A stretch of 64,000 nt of DNA from an uncultured bacterium (GCA_965660855.1 CBFIBM010000001.1:192001-256000), one strand, 5' to 3'. Counted from the stretch's first letter, positions 1 through 10,791 are shown. Numbers and translations: made by a program. The notes: generated by a model from the sequence alone, not told the origin.

Positions 1-1529
1 ATTGGTTTGGGAATATGATTACCACAAGAAATTGGGCCAATGCTTGGCTTAATGAGGGTTTTGCTACCTATTATTCAAGAAAATATTTTGAACATAAATT
101 TGGCTATGATGAGGGAGAATATATTCGTTATTCTGAAATGGGAAGTTATTTTTATTCAGATAAGAAATGGAATAGAGCAACTGTCCAACATCACTTTCAT
201 GAATCTATGGATCTTTTTGATGGTCATATTTACGCAAAAGGTAGTTTGATTCTCAACATGATTTATGATGTCCTTGGTGAAGAGGCTTTTAAAAGAGGTG
301 TACAACATTATGTTAAAGAAAATAAGCATAAAAATGTTGAAACCAGTGATTTGAAGAAAGCGTTTGAAGAGGTTACTGGTAAAAATTTAGATTGGTTTTT
401 TAAGCAGTGGGTATATAACCCAGGATACCCAGAATATGATGTAAGTTATTCCTATAATCAAAGAAATAGGACGATCAAATTCATAATAAATCAAACTCAA
501 GATTTAAAAAAGGTCGGTCTTTTTAAAATGCCAATTGACATACAAGTAGACGGTGAAATGCATACCATTTGGGTTGAAGATAAAAACCTTGTTTATGAAA
601 TACCTGTTTCTAAGAGACCTAAATTGGTTATTTTTAATTCTGGAATGAAAATACCTTGTAAAATAAAATTTGATAAGCCACTAGCAGAATGGATATTACA
701 GTTACAAACTGCACCTCATATTTTAGATAGAATAGAAGCAGTGAATGTATTAAAAAATAAAAAAGGACGTAGGAAAGTTGAAAAAGCTCTATTAGAGTGT
801 TTAGAAAAGGATAAGTTTTGGGGGGTAAGAAGAGAAGCAGTAAAAGGTTTCTCAAAGCTTAAATCAAAATTATATTCTCAAGAGCTAATGGGATTATCGA
901 ATGGACAAGACAATCGTGTGAAACGCGAAATTTGGAAAGCATTAAAAATATATAAAAATCATGATGAAGTAAGCTCTTTCTTACAAAATGTAATTATTAC
1001 TGATACAAAATATTATAGCATTAGCGATGCGTTTTTAGCCTTAGTTGAAGTAGATACTTCTGCTGCAAAAAACAGAGTTCTGACGATGCTGCAAACAAAT
1101 TCTCATAACGATATCATAAGAAAATCAGCAATGTCTTATTACGGTAAGGTAAAAAATGATCAAAATTATGATAAGTTAAAAAACTTAGCTTCCTATGGAG
1201 GAACTACATGGGATGCCAGACCCGAGGCGATAAATCAACTAACTAAATATTTAAAAACAAAACCTAAAACAATAGAATTATTTTTAGATTTTTTAAATGA
1301 TCCATCACGAAATGTACGTAAGAATTGTATTCGGGCATTAGGTAAATATGGTACAAAAGATCATATAGATCACTTAGATGAGGTTTTAATCAAAGACCCA
1401 ATATTAAGTAGAGATATTAGATTTGCAAAAAATATGATAAATAAAAATTCTCTAAAAGGTCAAAAAAATAATGAAGAGATGAACCTATTAAATCAGAAAA
1501 TAGAGGATATCAGAAAAATTATTAATTAA
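1..1529 (+). CDS. M1 family aminopeptidase with C-terminal HEAT-like repeats (5' end lies outside the window)
   Basis: The frame is open from the window edge (..W-F-G-N-M-I-T). It has WLNEGFATY (distal zinc-ligand Glu), YAKG, and helical repeats (FWGVRREAV, RNVRKNCIRALG). HEXXH lies upstream of the window. Confidence 0.9.
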   Translation, partial: WFGNMITTRNWANAWLNEGFATYYSRKYFEHKFGYDEGEYIRYSEMGSYFYSDKKWNRATVQHHFHESMDLFDGHIYAKGSLILNMIYDVLGEEAFKRGVQHYVKENKHKNVETSDLKKAFEEVTGKNLDWFFKQWVYNPGYPEYDVSYSYNQRNRTIKFIINQTQDLKKVGLFKMPIDIQVDGEMHTIWVEDKNLVYEIPVSKRPKLVIFNSGMKIPCKIKFDKPLAEWILQLQTAPHILDRIEAVNVLKNKKGRRKVEKALLECLEKDKFWGVRREAVKGFSKLKSKLYSQELMGLSNGQDNRVKREIWKALKIYKNHDEVSSFLQNVIITDTKYYSISDAFLALVEVDTSAAKNRVLTMLQTNSHNDIIRKSAMSYYGKVKNDQNYDKLKNLASYGGTTWDARPEAINQLTKYLKTKPKTIELFLDFLNDPSRNVRKNCIRALGKYGTKDHIDHLDEVLIKDPILSRDIRFAKNMINKNSLKGQKNNEEMNLLNQKIEDIRKIIN

Positions 1530-1628
1530 ATCTTTTTTATTTTAGCACATTTTATTTTTTTACTCAAAGTTCTAATGTTATAAAACTGATTAAAATTGTA
1601 AATTTAAATACAAATAAAGGATAGTATC

Positions 1629-1964
1629 ATGAGAGTCTTAAATGTAATCTTTTTGGGAATTTTTATTTTAGGTTGTAACGGAGAAATATCTGATGTCTCC
1701 ATAAACACGCCAACCATTCAATGTGGCATGTGTCAAAAAAATATCGAATTAGGTTTAACAAAAATTAAAGGTATAAGTTCATCTAAAGTTGACTTAGGAG
1801 CGAAAATAACAGAAGTTAAATATTATAAAGATGTAGTTAATGTATCTCAAATTGAGAAAGCAATCTCTAATATTGGTTACCAGGCAAATAATATTTTAGC
1901 TAACTCAGAGAAGTATGAATTATTACCTGCCTGTTGTAAAATTGGTGGTATGGATAAAATGTAA
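1629..1964 (+). CDS. Heavy-metal-associated (HMA) domain lipoprotein, CopZ/MerP-like
   Basis: Lipobox ILGC, TIQCGMC metal-binding CxxC, AISNIGY and C-terminal LPACCK. Confidence 0.85.
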   Translation: MRVLNVIFLGIFILGCNGEISDVSINTPTIQCGMCQKNIELGLTKIKGISSSKVDLGAKITEVKYYKDVVNVSQIEKAISNIGYQANNILANSEKYELLPACCKIGGMDKM

Positions 1965-2069
1965 TTGAGCATTTACTTCCATTTAATTCAACTTTAACTA
2001 TTTTAAATAAAATGCTTTCAAAATCTATTTATTTGCGTAATTTTGTTTATTATTCAATAGTGTGAGTAT

Positions 2070-3662
2070 ATGAGATTCTTAACCATTTTTATAATTATTT
2101 TGATGTTATCATCCTCTGTTCCATATGTAGGATCAAGTTTGCTTATTGCAGAATCCTCAGAGGAACAGACTTCCAGAAAAAAGAAAAAAAGAAAATCATC
2201 AAAAAAGAAATCATCAAAAAAGAAATCATCAAAAAAGAAATCATCAAAAAAGAAATCATCAAAAAAGAAAAAATCTAGTAAAAAAAGAAAAAAGAAGCCT
2301 ACTGAAAAAAAACAAGAAGAAGTTATCTCTGAACCTATTGAAAGTTCATCTGAGGAAAAAAAGAAGAATAAATTTAATTCAGCAGCTTATGCAGATGAAC
2401 TTTTTAATTTGACAGGTGAGTTAGAGGCGTCCAATAAAGAGCTTGCCAAAGCAACCCAATACTTTTACAATGAAGACCCCATTAAAAAACCAGTTTCTAT
2501 TGAATCCAAGCCTTATTTTTCAAGAAAAGATTTTGAAAATGAGGCAAGGCTAAATCCGGATAATCTCTATATCCAACGGCAGCTTGGTTTGTATTATGAA
2601 GCAAATGGTGATTTTAGTGGTGCAAAAGAAGTGTATCTTAGAGAAGTTAGTAAAAACCCTCAAAACCCTGATGCTCACTATTTTCTAGGTTCTTTATATG
2701 CTAATTCAGGTGAGTATTTAAAAGCTAAAAATTCATTTGAAGAAGCTCTATATTTAGAACCAAATCATAATGCTACTATTGAAGCAATGTCCATGTTTGT
2801 ACAAACAGATGAACAGAAAAAACTTAGCAGAGATATCTTGAGCTATTCATCAAAAAAAGTTCCAGATGGTCCAGCTCAAAAAGTATCATTAATTCGTGAA
2901 AAAATGTCTTCTGAAAATTTTGTTGAAGCCTTGAATCTTGCGGAAGAAGCTTATGAAAAGCATCCAAATCATACGGGCTTTATACAGCTTATTGGTGAAA
3001 ACCATCTAAAACTAGGACGCCCTGAAGAAGCAAAGAGGTCTTTTCAAAGAGCAATCAGACTTAACCCGAAAGATATTCAACCTCATCTATCTCTGGCAGA
3101 TCTTTATTTTGAACAAGGAAAATATGTTTATGCTGCACTTAGTTATAGCGATGCTGTCTATCTTGACCCTGACAATAGTGATTATCGATACATGCAAGGT
3201 TTAAGTTACTTCAATGGTCAAGAATGGGGTCGGACAGCCGCATCATGGGAAGATTTGCTACAATATAGGCCTAATGATGCTATCGTTAGAAACTTGCTTC
3301 CGCAGGTGTATTATGTTATGGCGGTAGAATATAATAGAATTGGAAATCCCACTATGGGAAGGCAAGCGTTTAAAAATGCACTATCTGTTAATAATAATAC
3401 CTCTTCTTGGCTTTCTGGAGCACTAAATGTTTTGGGTAAATTTTATCGTGAAAAAAATATGTTTAATGAATCTCTAGTTGCTTTTCAAGAAGTCCTAGAG
3501 CTCAGTCCTTCAGATGCTGGGGCATATATGGGTATTGGAATAACTTATTGGAAGATGGATGAAAAACAACTTGCAAGGGCTTCATGGGAGAAAAGTTTAG
3601 AGATTAAACCTGAGAATAATGAATCGAGAGGTTGGCTTATTTTATCATCTCAGGGATCCTAG
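2070..3662 (+). CDS. Secreted TPR protein with N-terminal Lys/Ser-rich repeat
   Basis: Signal peptide, (KKKSS)n tract and many TPR units (AHYFLGSLY..GEY..A...FEEAL..EP). Confidence 0.85.
   Translation: MRFLTIFIIILMLSSSVPYVGSSLLIAESSEEQTSRKKKKRKSSKKKSSKKKSSKKKSSKKKSSKKKKSSKKRKKKPTEKKQEEVISEPIESSSEEKKKNKFNSAAYADELFNLTGELEASNKELAKATQYFYNEDPIKKPVSIESKPYFSRKDFENEARLNPDNLYIQRQLGLYYEANGDFSGAKEVYLREVSKNPQNPDAHYFLGSLYANSGEYLKAKNSFEEALYLEPNHNATIEAMSMFVQTDEQKKLSRDILSYSSKKVPDGPAQKVSLIREKMSSENFVEALNLAEEAYEKHPNHTGFIQLIGENHLKLGRPEEAKRSFQRAIRLNPKDIQPHLSLADLYFEQGKYVYAALSYSDAVYLDPDNSDYRYMQGLSYFNGQEWGRTAASWEDLLQYRPNDAIVRNLLPQVYYVMAVEYNRIGNPTMGRQAFKNALSVNNNTSSWLSGALNVLGKFYREKNMFNESLVAFQEVLELSPSDAGAYMGIGITYWKMDEKQLARASWEKSLEIKPENNESRGWLILSSQGS
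2193..2267 (+). repeat. Five perfect 15-bp tandem repeats AAATCATCAAAAAAG, in frame, encoding KSSKK
   Basis: Copies start at 2193, 2208, 2223, 2238 and 2253. Confidence 0.95.
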
Positions 3663-3699
3663 ATCTCAATATTAAATATTATTTAAGATACTACGAATA

Positions 3700-4827
3700 G
3701 TGTTCCGTTTAATATGTGTTTCCGTTCTATTTTTTTCTTCATTACTATTTTCTAATGATTTTTATGAAGGAGACAGTTTAGTAAAAAAAGGTGTTTATTC
3801 TTTTTATAACTATGAATTTGATGAAGCTGTCTCAATATTATCTAAAGCGAGAAAAGATTTCCCAGATCATCCAGGAGTGCATCTAATTTGGGCTGCTTCC
3901 CGATGGGTAAAAGCTCAGTCTACTTTAACTGTACCTGAAACGTATAATCTTTTAGAATCAGATTTAAATGATATTGAATCAGTTTATCTTGATCTAACTA
4001 AGAAATATCCATATAATCCTACCTATAAACTCTACAAGGGTTCTGCAATAGGGTTAAAAGCCAGAGTTACCTTAGGGAGAAAGCAATGGCTAAGAACTCT
4101 CTCAAATGCATATAAAGGATTTGTAATAATTGATGATGTTGCAAAAAATGATCCTCAAATTATCGACGCTTTACTTCCGATTGGAATTATAGAATACTAT
4201 GCAGGAATTAGTAATTCCTTATTAAAATATGCGATTAAGATTTATGGACTTAACGCATCAAGAGAGTTAGGATTACAAAAAATGAATCTTGCTGCAGATG
4301 AAGGGAGCTGGTCATGGATTGAGGCGAAATCAATTCTTAGTAATATTTACTTATGGGTTGAAGATGAACCAATACTTGCTTTGGAGCATTCGAAAGACCT
4401 TGCTGAAAATTTTCCTAATAATTTTTATTTTAATCTTTTGTATCTAGAATCAAATATTCGTACCAATAATTTAGATCTATCTAATGCAATAATAAGAGAT
4501 ATGGATTTTAAAATAAGTAGCTTATCAAGTATGCAAAGAACATGGTATGAGCCATATTTAATGTATGAAAAAGCTTTGTATTCTTTTTATAAAAAAGACT
4601 ATAGAGCTTCATTGTCCTTAGTCAATGAAGCAATTAATGATTACGCAGCTGAGCTTGACATTGTTCTTGCAAATGCTTTTTTATTGCAGGGGAAATGTTA
4701 TGATAAATTGGGTAAGCGTAGAGAAGCAAAGGAAAGCTATCGTATGTGTATTGATTTAAAAAATTTATCAGATGCAGTTTCCAAATCTAAAAATTATTTA
4801 CAAATGCCTTATGAAGGTCGCCAATGA
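3700..4827 (+). CDS. Secreted TPR-like helical protein
   Basis: GTG start, signal peptide and TPR-like units (AFLLQGKCYDKLGKRREAKESY). Stop overlaps the ispG start (ATGA). Confidence 0.7.
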   Translation: MFRLICVSVLFFSSLLFSNDFYEGDSLVKKGVYSFYNYEFDEAVSILSKARKDFPDHPGVHLIWAASRWVKAQSTLTVPETYNLLESDLNDIESVYLDLTKKYPYNPTYKLYKGSAIGLKARVTLGRKQWLRTLSNAYKGFVIIDDVAKNDPQIIDALLPIGIIEYYAGISNSLLKYAIKIYGLNASRELGLQKMNLAADEGSWSWIEAKSILSNIYLWVEDEPILALEHSKDLAENFPNNFYFNLLYLESNIRTNNLDLSNAIIRDMDFKISSLSSMQRTWYEPYLMYEKALYSFYKKDYRASLSLVNEAINDYAAELDIVLANAFLLQGKCYDKLGKRREAKESYRMCIDLKNLSDAVSKSKNYLQMPYEGRQ

Positions 4828-6716
4828 AATTTTATTGCAATAGTTTAATAAATTATAAAAGATGGAATACAAGGATTGTACAAGTCGGAGAGATAGGTAT
4901 TGGAGGTAATAATCCAATACGCATACAATCTATGACCACAACAGATACTATGGATACTGAAGGTACTATTGAGCAATCCATTCGTATGATTAAAGCGGGT
5001 TGTGAAATTGTGAGAATCACAGCACCGAGTAAAAAAGATGCTGAAAACTTGAGAAATATCAAAGAAGGACTTTCAAAGAGAGGGTATAGTACTCCGATCG
5101 TGGCAGATATTCACTTTACTCCAATTGCTGCTGAAATTGCTGCTGGAATTGTAGAAAAAGTAAGAATAAACCCAGGAAATTATGCTGATAGGAAAAAATT
5201 TAAAAAATATGATTTTTCAGATGAATCTTATCGATTAGAAATAAAACGAATCAGAGATCGGTTTATTCCACTCTTGGAAATATGTAAATCCAATAATACT
5301 GCTTTAAGAATTGGAACAAATCATGGATCCTTATCAGATCGTATTATGAGCCATTATGGAGATACGCCATTGGGAATGGTTGAATCTGCTATGGAATTTT
5401 TACGAATCGCAGAAGAAGTCAATTTTCATGATATTATCTTATCCATGAAAGCTAGTAATACTCAAGTAATGGTTCAAGCATATAGACTACTAGTAAAAAC
5501 AATGGTTAAAGAAAATATGAATTATCCTTTGCATCTTGGTGTAACTGAAGCAGGAGAAGCGGAAGATGGTAGAATCAAATCTGCTGTTGGTATTGGGACC
5601 TTACTTGCAGATGGTTTAGGTGATACAATAAGAGTTTCATTAACAGAAGAGCCGGAGTTTGAGATTCCTGTTTGTAAAACTCTTTTAAAACCTTATACCA
5701 ACATGAATAAGTCTCAACATCTCCAATCAGAGATAAATAATATTGACTATGATCCATACTTTTATAAAAAAAGAGAAACAAAAAGTTTATTAAGAATTGG
5801 TGGAGAAAATGTTCCCGTGGTCATTGGTGATTTATCAAGCTTTAGAAATATTCGACCATCAGATTTAGGTCAGTTTGGTTATTTGTATTCAATAAAAAAT
5901 GATAAATGGCATATTTCGGATTTAGCGATCGACTATTTATATGTAGGGAAAAGTGAAATAAAATTTGAAATTCCAGGCACACTAGAAATTATTCGTGATT
6001 ATGATTTTTTAAGATCTGATTTTCATAAAAAACTATATCACTATGAAAACATTAAAAACATGAAATATAATGAAATTTCATTTTTACATTGTAACCTGAA
6101 TGATAATATTTTTGATGAAATAATAAAATATCCAAATTGTATCGTAATTTTAAACTCTTATGAAAATGAAACGATGCCAATGATAAGGAAATTTTTTATT
6201 GATTGTTTAAAATATAAAATTAAAAACCCAATAATAATTAAACGCAACTACGTGAAAATAAAGGAAGATGATTTTCTTCTTCAAGCTTCGGTTGATATAG
6301 GAGGTCTTCAAATTGACGGATTTGGAGATGGAATTATGTTAAATAGTCCAAATGGAAAAAGTTTTATGACTGAAACCTCATTTGGTATTTTACAAGCTAG
6401 TAGAACCCGTATTTCAAAAACAGAATATATTTCATGTCCTTCATGTGGTAGAACGTTGTTTGATTTGCAGGAAACAACTGCTAAAATTAGAAAAGAGACC
6501 TCCCACCTTAAAGGAATAAAAATTGGTGTAATGGGCTGTATTGTAAATGGTCCAGGTGAAATGGCAGATGCTGATTATGGTTATGTAGGGACTGCACCTG
6601 GTAAAATTTCATTATATAAAGGTCAAGATGTTGTAAAAAAACATGTCAAATCAGAAGAAGCGGTTGAGGCTTTAGTCACCCTAATAAAAAATAACAATGA
6701 TTGGATAGAACCTTGA
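4824..6716 (+). CDS. ispG: (E)-4-hydroxy-3-methylbut-2-enyl-diphosphate synthase, long form with central insertion
   Basis: IRIQSMT, VADIHF, RINPGN, RIGTNHGSL, HLGVTEAG, CPSCGRT and GCIVNGPGEMADAD motifs. Confidence 0.97.
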   Translation: MKFYCNSLINYKRWNTRIVQVGEIGIGGNNPIRIQSMTTTDTMDTEGTIEQSIRMIKAGCEIVRITAPSKKDAENLRNIKEGLSKRGYSTPIVADIHFTPIAAEIAAGIVEKVRINPGNYADRKKFKKYDFSDESYRLEIKRIRDRFIPLLEICKSNNTALRIGTNHGSLSDRIMSHYGDTPLGMVESAMEFLRIAEEVNFHDIILSMKASNTQVMVQAYRLLVKTMVKENMNYPLHLGVTEAGEAEDGRIKSAVGIGTLLADGLGDTIRVSLTEEPEFEIPVCKTLLKPYTNMNKSQHLQSEINNIDYDPYFYKKRETKSLLRIGGENVPVVIGDLSSFRNIRPSDLGQFGYLYSIKNDKWHISDLAIDYLYVGKSEIKFEIPGTLEIIRDYDFLRSDFHKKLYHYENIKNMKYNEISFLHCNLNDNIFDEIIKYPNCIVILNSYENETMPMIRKFFIDCLKYKIKNPIIIKRNYVKIKEDDFLLQASVDIGGLQIDGFGDGIMLNSPNGKSFMTETSFGILQASRTRISKTEYISCPSCGRTLFDLQETTAKIRKETSHLKGIKIGVMGCIVNGPGEMADADYGYVGTAPGKISLYKGQDVVKKHVKSEEAVEALVTLIKNNNDWIEP

Positions 6717-6799
6717 AATCTTTAATATTGATAGGTAGTAATATAATATTGTATCTTTAGGTAAGTTATTTTTGCCAAGAGTCCTCTAATGAGAAAACT

Positions 6800-7234
6800 A
6801 TGAGAAGAATTATTCCAGTATTGATATTTGCTTTTTTAGCTGCACAGACTGATTCTGGATCTCTTTCTCCAGTTGTCACATATTGGAAAACTCTAACTCA
6901 AGAGGAAAAAGAGACCTTCCTATTTTCATATATAACTCAAGTTTATGAAACCCATACAGAGTTAAAGAATACTGTAGGATATGGAGGTATTACAGAATGG
7001 TACTACAATAATAGAGCAGAGATGGTCTATGGTATATTTGATCAATTAGAGAAAATAAGAATATCAGAAATGGTAAAATGGGTTGATGAATTTTACTCTC
7101 ATGGGGAATATGCGAATAAACCATTTTATGAAGCTCTTGAATTTTCTTACCGGTTCGCTGAAGCCTCTGGATCCAATATGTGGGAAAAATATGAAAATTT
7201 AAGGTTTGACAAAATTAAACCTGGGAAAGATTGA
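6800..7234 (+). CDS. Secreted hypothetical protein
   Basis: 144-aa ORF with an N-terminal signal peptide; no family recognised. Confidence 0.6.
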   Translation: MRRIIPVLIFAFLAAQTDSGSLSPVVTYWKTLTQEEKETFLFSYITQVYETHTELKNTVGYGGITEWYYNNRAEMVYGIFDQLEKIRISEMVKWVDEFYSHGEYANKPFYEALEFSYRFAEASGSNMWEKYENLRFDKIKPGKD

Positions 7235-7335
7235 TTCATCTAAATTTTTCTACTTATCCTAAATTATTTTCTCCGTAGAACTCGAATGAGAATTCAATTT
7301 ATTTATATTAGTGAGATAGTTTGATCTTCTAACGC

Positions 7336-9279
7336 ATGCAGAAATTAATTATATCATTAATCGTTTCAATTTCTTTTATTCTTTCTCAAAATAGTGATAA
7401 AGTTGTAAATACATGTGGGAAAATATCTTCTCAATTTGAATGGCTTTCTTTTGAATCAACATTAACTGAGGAGCAAGAAAAAATTGATATAGTGTATTAT
7501 GATATCGATCTTAATATAGATCTTGATTCTGAACAAATTTTTGGGAATGTTTTAATTAGAGGAAAAACTGGGTTCAATCAACCTGATTCTATTGAACTAG
7601 ATTTTTCTAACTCAATGGTAATAGACTCAATATTACTTAATAATGATTTTTCGGTTTTTAATCACAGAAATAACAAAATTAAAATTCCTAAACCACAAGC
7701 AACATTACCTGAGGGCTTTATATTTGACCTTATTGTCTATTATCATGGACATCCTACTTCAACTGGTTTTGGTTCTTTTAATTTTGACACGCATAATGAG
7801 GTTCCTCATATCTGGACTCTCTCAGAACCATATGGTGCAAGAGATTGGTGGCCATGTAAAGATGACCCCTCAGATAAAGCTGATTCATTAAAGATATCTG
7901 TTACCACTCATGAAGATCAAATTGTAGTCTCGAATGGTTTGTTAATTGAGGAAATATATGTAAATGATAACCAGAAAAAATATACATGGTTTGAGAGTTA
8001 CCCTATTTGTACTTATTTAGTCTCTATAGCCTCATATCCTTACACAGTATGGTATGATCAATATATATCCTCAAGTGGAGATACTCTACCTTTAGAATTT
8101 TATGTTTATCCTGATAATTACGAAACTGTTCGAGAAAACTATTTATTGACTAAGGATATGATGTCAGTATTCTCAGAAAAATTTGGAGAATATCCATTTA
8201 TGAATGAGAAATATGGACACGCAGATTTTGGGCGAGGTGGAGGAATGGAACATCAAACAATTTCAAGTATGGGAGGATATTCAGAATGGCTAATCGCACA
8301 TGAGCTTGGACATCAGTGGTGGGGTGATTTGGTTACATGTGCTGACTTTCACCACATATGGCTGAATGAAGGTTTTGCACGATTTTCAGAATCAATTTGG
8401 GAAGAGGCAAAAGGAGGAGTAGATGCTTATAAAAATTATTGGAGTAACCATACCTTTTATGGTCCGGGTACCATTTATGTAGAAAATCCAACATCAACAG
8501 GTCAAATTTTTAATAGTAATCTTACTTATAATAAAGCGGGATGGGTTGTCCATATGCTGAGAGGTGTGTTAGGTGATTCTCTTTTCTTTGAAAGTTTACA
8601 ATCATATGCCTATAATGATTCTCTTAAGTATAACGCTGTAACAACAGAAAATTTTAAACTTGTATGCGAAGATGTTTCAGGAATCTCATTGGACTCTTTT
8701 TTTGAACAATGGATTTATGGAGAGTTTTACCCAAAGTACTCTTTGTCATGGAGCATGATCAATACTAACTTAATTTCCATTAGGGTAGAGCAAATTCAAA
8801 ATTGGCAAAATTTTGAAATGCCCATTGATTTGTTAATTTATACTGACCTTGACACATTCAAAGTAAGAGTGAATAATAATACTTCAGATCAAGAATATCA
8901 AATCAACATAAGTAGTGGAGTTGTTCAAAGAATTGAATTAGACCCAGATAATTGGATATTGAAAGAAGTGCAATATCTTGGTCTTAATAATAACTTTCCA
9001 GATAATTATAACATAATAATGTATCCAGCATTTCCCAATCCTTTTAATCCTAAAGTAAATGTTAATTTTTTTATCCCAGAGGAATTTGGAGAGTTCCAAT
9101 CTAGAATTTTTATTTATAATTTAAATGGTTCACTTGTGGAAGAATTAAATCCAATACAATCTTATCCAGGTCTTAATAGAATCTCTTGGAATGCAGATAA
9201 TAAAGCCTCTGGAACATACTTTTTAAGTATTAAGGCAGATAATAAATTCCACACACAAAAAATACAGTTAGTTAAATAA
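7336..9279 (+). CDS. Secreted M1 aminopeptidase with C-terminal secretion-sorting (T9SS-A/FlgD-Ig-like) domain
   Basis: Signal peptide, WWPCKDDPSDK, GGMEH, HELGHQWWG..WLNEGFA and C-terminal YPAFPNPFNP...SGTYF..QKIQLVK. Confidence 0.92.
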   Translation: MQKLIISLIVSISFILSQNSDKVVNTCGKISSQFEWLSFESTLTEEQEKIDIVYYDIDLNIDLDSEQIFGNVLIRGKTGFNQPDSIELDFSNSMVIDSILLNNDFSVFNHRNNKIKIPKPQATLPEGFIFDLIVYYHGHPTSTGFGSFNFDTHNEVPHIWTLSEPYGARDWWPCKDDPSDKADSLKISVTTHEDQIVVSNGLLIEEIYVNDNQKKYTWFESYPICTYLVSIASYPYTVWYDQYISSSGDTLPLEFYVYPDNYETVRENYLLTKDMMSVFSEKFGEYPFMNEKYGHADFGRGGGMEHQTISSMGGYSEWLIAHELGHQWWGDLVTCADFHHIWLNEGFARFSESIWEEAKGGVDAYKNYWSNHTFYGPGTIYVENPTSTGQIFNSNLTYNKAGWVVHMLRGVLGDSLFFESLQSYAYNDSLKYNAVTTENFKLVCEDVSGISLDSFFEQWIYGEFYPKYSLSWSMINTNLISIRVEQIQNWQNFEMPIDLLIYTDLDTFKVRVNNNTSDQEYQINISSGVVQRIELDPDNWILKEVQYLGLNNNFPDNYNIIMYPAFPNPFNPKVNVNFFIPEEFGEFQSRIFIYNLNGSLVEELNPIQSYPGLNRISWNADNKASGTYFLSIKADNKFHTQKIQLVK

Positions 9280-9639
9280 ATGGATATAATTAGAATTAAA
9301 AATCTAAAAATTCCTGCTACGCATGGAGCTTATGAATTTGAAAAAGATAAAGAAGGTCTTTTTGAATTGGATATTGAAATGTATATGGATCTAAAAACAC
9401 CTGCTCGGACTGATGATCTAAATGATACTGTTAATTACGATGAAGCTGTTTCTATAATTACATCTATTTTTACTCAAAAATCATATAACTTAATTGAATC
9501 AGTTGCTGAAAAAATTTGCGATAAACTGTTAGATCAATATCCTATTAAAAAAGTTCTGGCTAGAATACGTAAACCTCATGCTCCAATTTTAGCAAACCTG
9601 GATACTGTAGAAGTTGAACTTTTGAGAGAGAAAAAATAA
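9280..9639 (+). CDS. folB: Dihydroneopterin aldolase
   Basis: HGAYEFEK, DDLNDTVNY, LIESVAE and IRKPHAP; adjacent to folK. Confidence 0.95.
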   Translation: MDIIRIKNLKIPATHGAYEFEKDKEGLFELDIEMYMDLKTPARTDDLNDTVNYDEAVSIITSIFTQKSYNLIESVAEKICDKLLDQYPIKKVLARIRKPHAPILANLDTVEVELLREKK

Positions 9640-9640
9640 G

Positions 9641-10150
9641 ATGAACTTTGTTGATTTATTTCTTAGTTTAGGTTCAAATATTGGAGATCGCGAGTCGAAC
9701 TTAGCTCAAGCAACAATGGCTTTATCGATTAATCTTAAAATTTCAGATATTAAAAGCTCTTCTTATTATGATTCTGAACCATTATATAACACAAAACAGC
9801 CAAATTTTCTCAATTCTGTTGTTAAATGTAAAACATCATTAAAACCATTTGAGGTACTAGATGTTATCCAAAAAGTTGAAAAGATGTTAGGAAGGAAAAA
9901 TAAGAAAGAGAAAAATAGTCCAAGAATAATAGATATTGATATTCTTTTCCATGGGGATGCGGTAATTGAGACTGAAGATTTAAGTATCCCTCATCCAATG
10001 CTGAGTTTAAGGAAATTTGTTTTGGTTCCTTTCGAGGAATTAGATCCAAATTTTATAGTCCCACATTCGAAAATAACAATTAAAGATTTAATTAAACATT
10101 GCCCGGATAAAACAAATGTTTTTTTACATCAAATGGATATACAAGCTTGA
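9641..10150 (+). CDS. folK: 2-amino-4-hydroxy-6-hydroxymethyldihydropteridine diphosphokinase
   Basis: LSLGSNIGDR, FLNSV, PRIIDIDIL, IPHP and RKFVLVP. Confidence 0.96.
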   Translation: MNFVDLFLSLGSNIGDRESNLAQATMALSINLKISDIKSSSYYDSEPLYNTKQPNFLNSVVKCKTSLKPFEVLDVIQKVEKMLGRKNKKEKNSPRIIDIDILFHGDAVIETEDLSIPHPMLSLRKFVLVPFEELDPNFIVPHSKITIKDLIKHCPDKTNVFLHQMDIQA

Positions 10151-10791
10151 AAAATTTATACTATATAGCAATAGAAGGACCAATTGGCGTAGGTAAGACT
10201 AGTTTATCAAAGCTAATGTCTAAAAAATTAGGTGCAAGGTTAGTTTTGGAGGAATTTGAAGATAATCCATTTTTACCGGACTTTTATAAAGATCCAGAGC
10301 GATATTCTTTTCAAACTCAATTATTTTTTCTACTGCAGAGATATAGGCAACAACAAGAATTAAGGCAAGTAGATATGTTTCAAAAATTACTAGTAACAGA
10401 TTATATGTTTGTTAAAGATAGACTTTTTGCTTCTTTGAACTTAAATGAAAAAGAAATGCAATTATATGATACTGTTGCAAACCTATTAGAACGTAACATC
10501 ATAAAACCTGACCTAGTTATATACCTTCAAGCGGATACAGATACCCTTATGGGGAATATCTCGAAGCGTGGACGTGAAATGGAAAATGATATTACCTATG
10601 AGTATATTGACGCTTTAAGTCAAGTATACACTGAATATTTTTTCAGATACCAAGATACTCCTCTTGTAATAATCAATACTAATAATATTGATTTTGTAAA
10701 TAATGAAAACGATTTGAATGAGGTAATACAATATATTAGGCAGCCAGTTTCTGGAACAAAATTTTTCAACCCAGTTTCAGGTTTAAAATGA
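10147..10791 (+). CDS. Deoxynucleoside kinase
   Basis: IAIEGPIGVGKTS, NPFLPDFY, QLFFLLQR, PDLVIYL and RGREME. TTG start overlaps the folK stop. Confidence 0.93.
   Translation: MKNLYYIAIEGPIGVGKTSLSKLMSKKLGARLVLEEFEDNPFLPDFYKDPERYSFQTQLFFLLQRYRQQQELRQVDMFQKLLVTDYMFVKDRLFASLNLNEKEMQLYDTVANLLERNIIKPDLVIYLQADTDTLMGNISKRGREMENDITYEYIDALSQVYTEYFFRYQDTPLVIINTNNIDFVNNENDLNEVIQYIRQPVSGTKFFNPVSGLK

Noticed and set aside
2146..2412. 88-aa alternative-frame ORF with QKRNH repeats
   Set aside because: It is a shifted reading of the 15-bp repeat inside the TPR gene and has no independent support.
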